Assembly (NCBI GenBank): GCA_018333405.1
Contig: JAGXSR010000159.1
Coordinates: 1-29,116 of the forward strand
DNA from: Dethiobacter sp.
Lineage (GTDB): Bacteria > Bacillota > Dethiobacteria > DTU022
DNA length: 29,116 nucleotides
Direction: 5' to 3'
Of the stretch, positions 27,317 to 29,116 are shown piece by piece (position 1 is the first letter of the stretch; every line of letters starts with the position of its first letter). The notes under the pieces were generated by a model. The model had not been told where the DNA came from. It ran no database searches and was given only the letters and a program-made list of their open reading frames with translations. A program made the position numbers and the translations under genes.

Positions 27317-27829
27317 ATGGTTCGGGAAATGTTAAGGTTGTGGCTTACTCAGTATTCAGTAGAGCTGTTTTTGTTTTTCTCAGCACTCAGCTTGACCCTT
27401 ACGGCGATATGTCTGATCTGCTTAAAAAAATCGGCAGCGCTAAAAAGTCGCTATCGGGCGCTGATGATGGGTCGCGAAGGTATTAATATTGAAGAATTAC
27501 TGACTCGCTACGGCAGTATGATCTCTGATGGATTGCGGATACAAAAAGTAATTGAGTCCCGCATGAGAGAGATTGAACGCCAGTTAAGCGATTCCATAAC
27601 CGGAGTTGGGTTAGTGCGTTTCAATGCCTTTCAGGATACAGGCAGTGATCTCAGTTTTTCACTGGCCCTGCTGGACAGGAAACAAAACGGCGTGGTTTTG
27701 ACCAGCATTTTTGGCAGAGAGGATAGCCGCTGCTATGGTAAACCGATTCGAGGCGGACTATCATCAATTCAATTAAGTGAAGAAGAAATGCAAGCCCTTT
27801 CTGCAGCCAGGATGTCAATGGAACATTAA
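27317..27829 (+). CDS. DUF4446 family membrane-anchored protein
   Basis: N-terminal hydrophobic segment and coiled coil, then GVGLVRFNAFQDTGSDLSFSLALLD...GVVLTSIFGREDSRCYGKPI..G.S...LSEEE..AL, which I recognise as the DUF4446 pattern typically found after parB in Clostridia. Confidence 0.75.
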   Translation: MVREMLRLWLTQYSVELFLFFSALSLTLTAICLICLKKSAALKSRYRALMMGREGINIEELLTRYGSMISDGLRIQKVIESRMREIERQLSDSITGVGLVRFNAFQDTGSDLSFSLALLDRKQNGVVLTSIFGREDSRCYGKPIRGGLSSIQLSEEEMQALSAARMSMEH

Positions 27830-27868
27830 ATGCTCCGAATATGAATTTAACCGTGAGAGGATGAACCA

Positions 27869-28822
27869 ATGAAAAAGCAAAAACGTTACTTTACGATCAT
27901 GATTGTGCCTCATACCGAGGAATCCACATATAGCTTAAAATTGCCCCTGTCTATTGTGCAATTGATAGTTGCCCTTACAGTGGTGCTCCTGGCCGCACTT
28001 TTGATTCTGGCTTATTCTTACCGCAATGCTCTGTATGATGCAAAAGAGGTGCAGGTTTTGCGTGAGGTAAACCAGATTCAACAGGGTGAGATCAATAATT
28101 TTGCCATTGAAACACAAAAGTTGATTGAGCAGATGAAGCAGATAGAAATCTTATCTGATCTAGTCGCAGAGAAACTAGGTATAAACTTGGTCAATAACGA
28201 AAGTGAGGATAACGAAGCCAACAGAGGCCGTGAAGACGAGGAAACAGATACATCGGTATCCATAGATACGGAAAGAGATCAACCCAGATTATATGCCAGC
28301 CGCTCAGGGGGAGGAGGGGTTTTGAACCGTGCTGTGGCAAATATTGAGACACTGCAGACTTTCATTCCTGATCAGGCCGATTCGTTGGAGATACTCGAAG
28401 AGGAAGTAACTGAGTTTGTGCAACGACTGGCGGCCACCCCTTCCATTTGGCCTGCCAGCGGAAGGTTTACTTCAGGTTTTGGTATGCGCCGTTCTCCCTT
28501 TAACCGTGCCGTTATGCAGTTTCACAGAGGGATTGATATTGCCGGAGCACACGGTTCTGCGATTTTTGCAACGGCTGACGGAACAGTTACTTTTGCCGGA
28601 TACCGCGGAGCATACGGCAGATTGATCATTGTTAATCATGGCTACGGATATGAGACATACTATGCCCATTTATCCCGATTTTCGGTTAGTAGTGGCCAAC
28701 GGGTGGAGAGAGGGCAGGTGATTGGGCGAATGGGGCGGACCGGCAGAGTTACCGGAACTCATCTGCATTACGAAGTAAGGGTGAACGGGGTAGCCGTGAA
28801 CCCGATGAATTATATCAGCTAA
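27869..28822 (+). CDS. Membrane-anchored M23 family peptidoglycan metalloendopeptidase
   Basis: N-terminal FTIMIVPH plus TM helix, then a coiled coil and acidic linker. The C-terminal M23 domain has TPSIWPASG..TSGFG.R, HRGID (HxxxD), and TGTHLHYEV (HxH). Confidence 0.9.
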   Translation: MKKQKRYFTIMIVPHTEESTYSLKLPLSIVQLIVALTVVLLAALLILAYSYRNALYDAKEVQVLREVNQIQQGEINNFAIETQKLIEQMKQIEILSDLVAEKLGINLVNNESEDNEANRGREDEETDTSVSIDTERDQPRLYASRSGGGGVLNRAVANIETLQTFIPDQADSLEILEEEVTEFVQRLAATPSIWPASGRFTSGFGMRRSPFNRAVMQFHRGIDIAGAHGSAIFATADGTVTFAGYRGAYGRLIIVNHGYGYETYYAHLSRFSVSSGQRVERGQVIGRMGRTGRVTGTHLHYEVRVNGVAVNPMNYIS

Positions 28823-28842
28823 GCAGATATAGGGAGGCAGTT

Positions 28843-29116
28843 ATGTTTAAAAAAGATCGACTCGAAACTCCACCGGATAAAGTCAACACTGTTATCGGGA
28901 AAGACACCTTCTGTAAAGGGTCATTAAGGGCAAAAGGCTCAATTCGAATTGACGGAGCCATGGAAGGAGATCTTTCTGCGCAGGGCGATGTGTTTATCGG
29001 TGAAAGCGGGAGGGTGGCGGCAGAGATCAAGTGCCGGAATATTGCCGTAGCCGGGCGTTTTGAAGGAAGCCTCGATGCTGAAGGAAAGCTGGAAATTCGC
29101 AGCACGGGCATTGTTG
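28843..29116 (+). CDS. Bactofilin (polymer-forming cytoskeletal protein, CcmA/DUF583), truncated by the window edge
   Basis: Not in the ORF track. Manual translation gives MFKKDRLETPPDKVNTVIGKDTFCKGSLRAKGSIRIDGAMEGDLSAQGDVFIGESGRVAAEIKCRNIAVAGRFEGSLDAEGKLEIRSTGIV, with beta-helical repeats. GGGAGG SD. Confidence 0.9.
   Translation, partial: MFKKDRLETPPDKVNTVIGKDTFCKGSLRAKGSIRIDGAMEGDLSAQGDVFIGESGRVAAEIKCRNIAVAGRFEGSLDAEGKLEIRSTGIV

Overview
This window is the replication-origin (oriC) region of a Bacillota (Firmicutes) chromosome, probably Clostridia-like; the lineage is inferred from gene content only. Genes diverge from the dnaA/rpmH junction. The minus strand carries dnaA-dnaN-recF-dciA(DUF721)-remB-gyrB-gyrA, then a T-box-controlled ilvE-ilvB-ilvN-leuC-leuD operon, an EF-G paralog, and femX-like/ddl/class V aminotransferase (truncated by the window edge). 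The plus strand carries rpmH-rnpA-yidD-yidC-jag-mnmE-rsmG-noc-soj-spo0J, a perfect parS, DUF4446, an M23 peptidase and a bactofilin (truncated). Three genes missing from the ORF track were recovered by hand: the aminotransferase, rpmH and the bactofilin. A bipartite oriC is readable, with DnaA boxes, DnaA-trios and an AT cluster. I see no mobile element, CRISPR array, rRNA or tRNA, and no convincing wholly novel system. The points worth a second look are deviations from the conserved template: ddl apparently starts at ATA, mnmG is absent and rsmG may be leaderless, GyrA has Val at the Ser83-equivalent, parS sits inside a terminator-like 28-bp palindrome, a probable Val-specifier T-box drives an incomplete ilv-leu operon, dciA is present while yaaA is absent, and an M23-bactofilin pair lies next to parAB. 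All calls come from motif recognition by eye; no searches were run.
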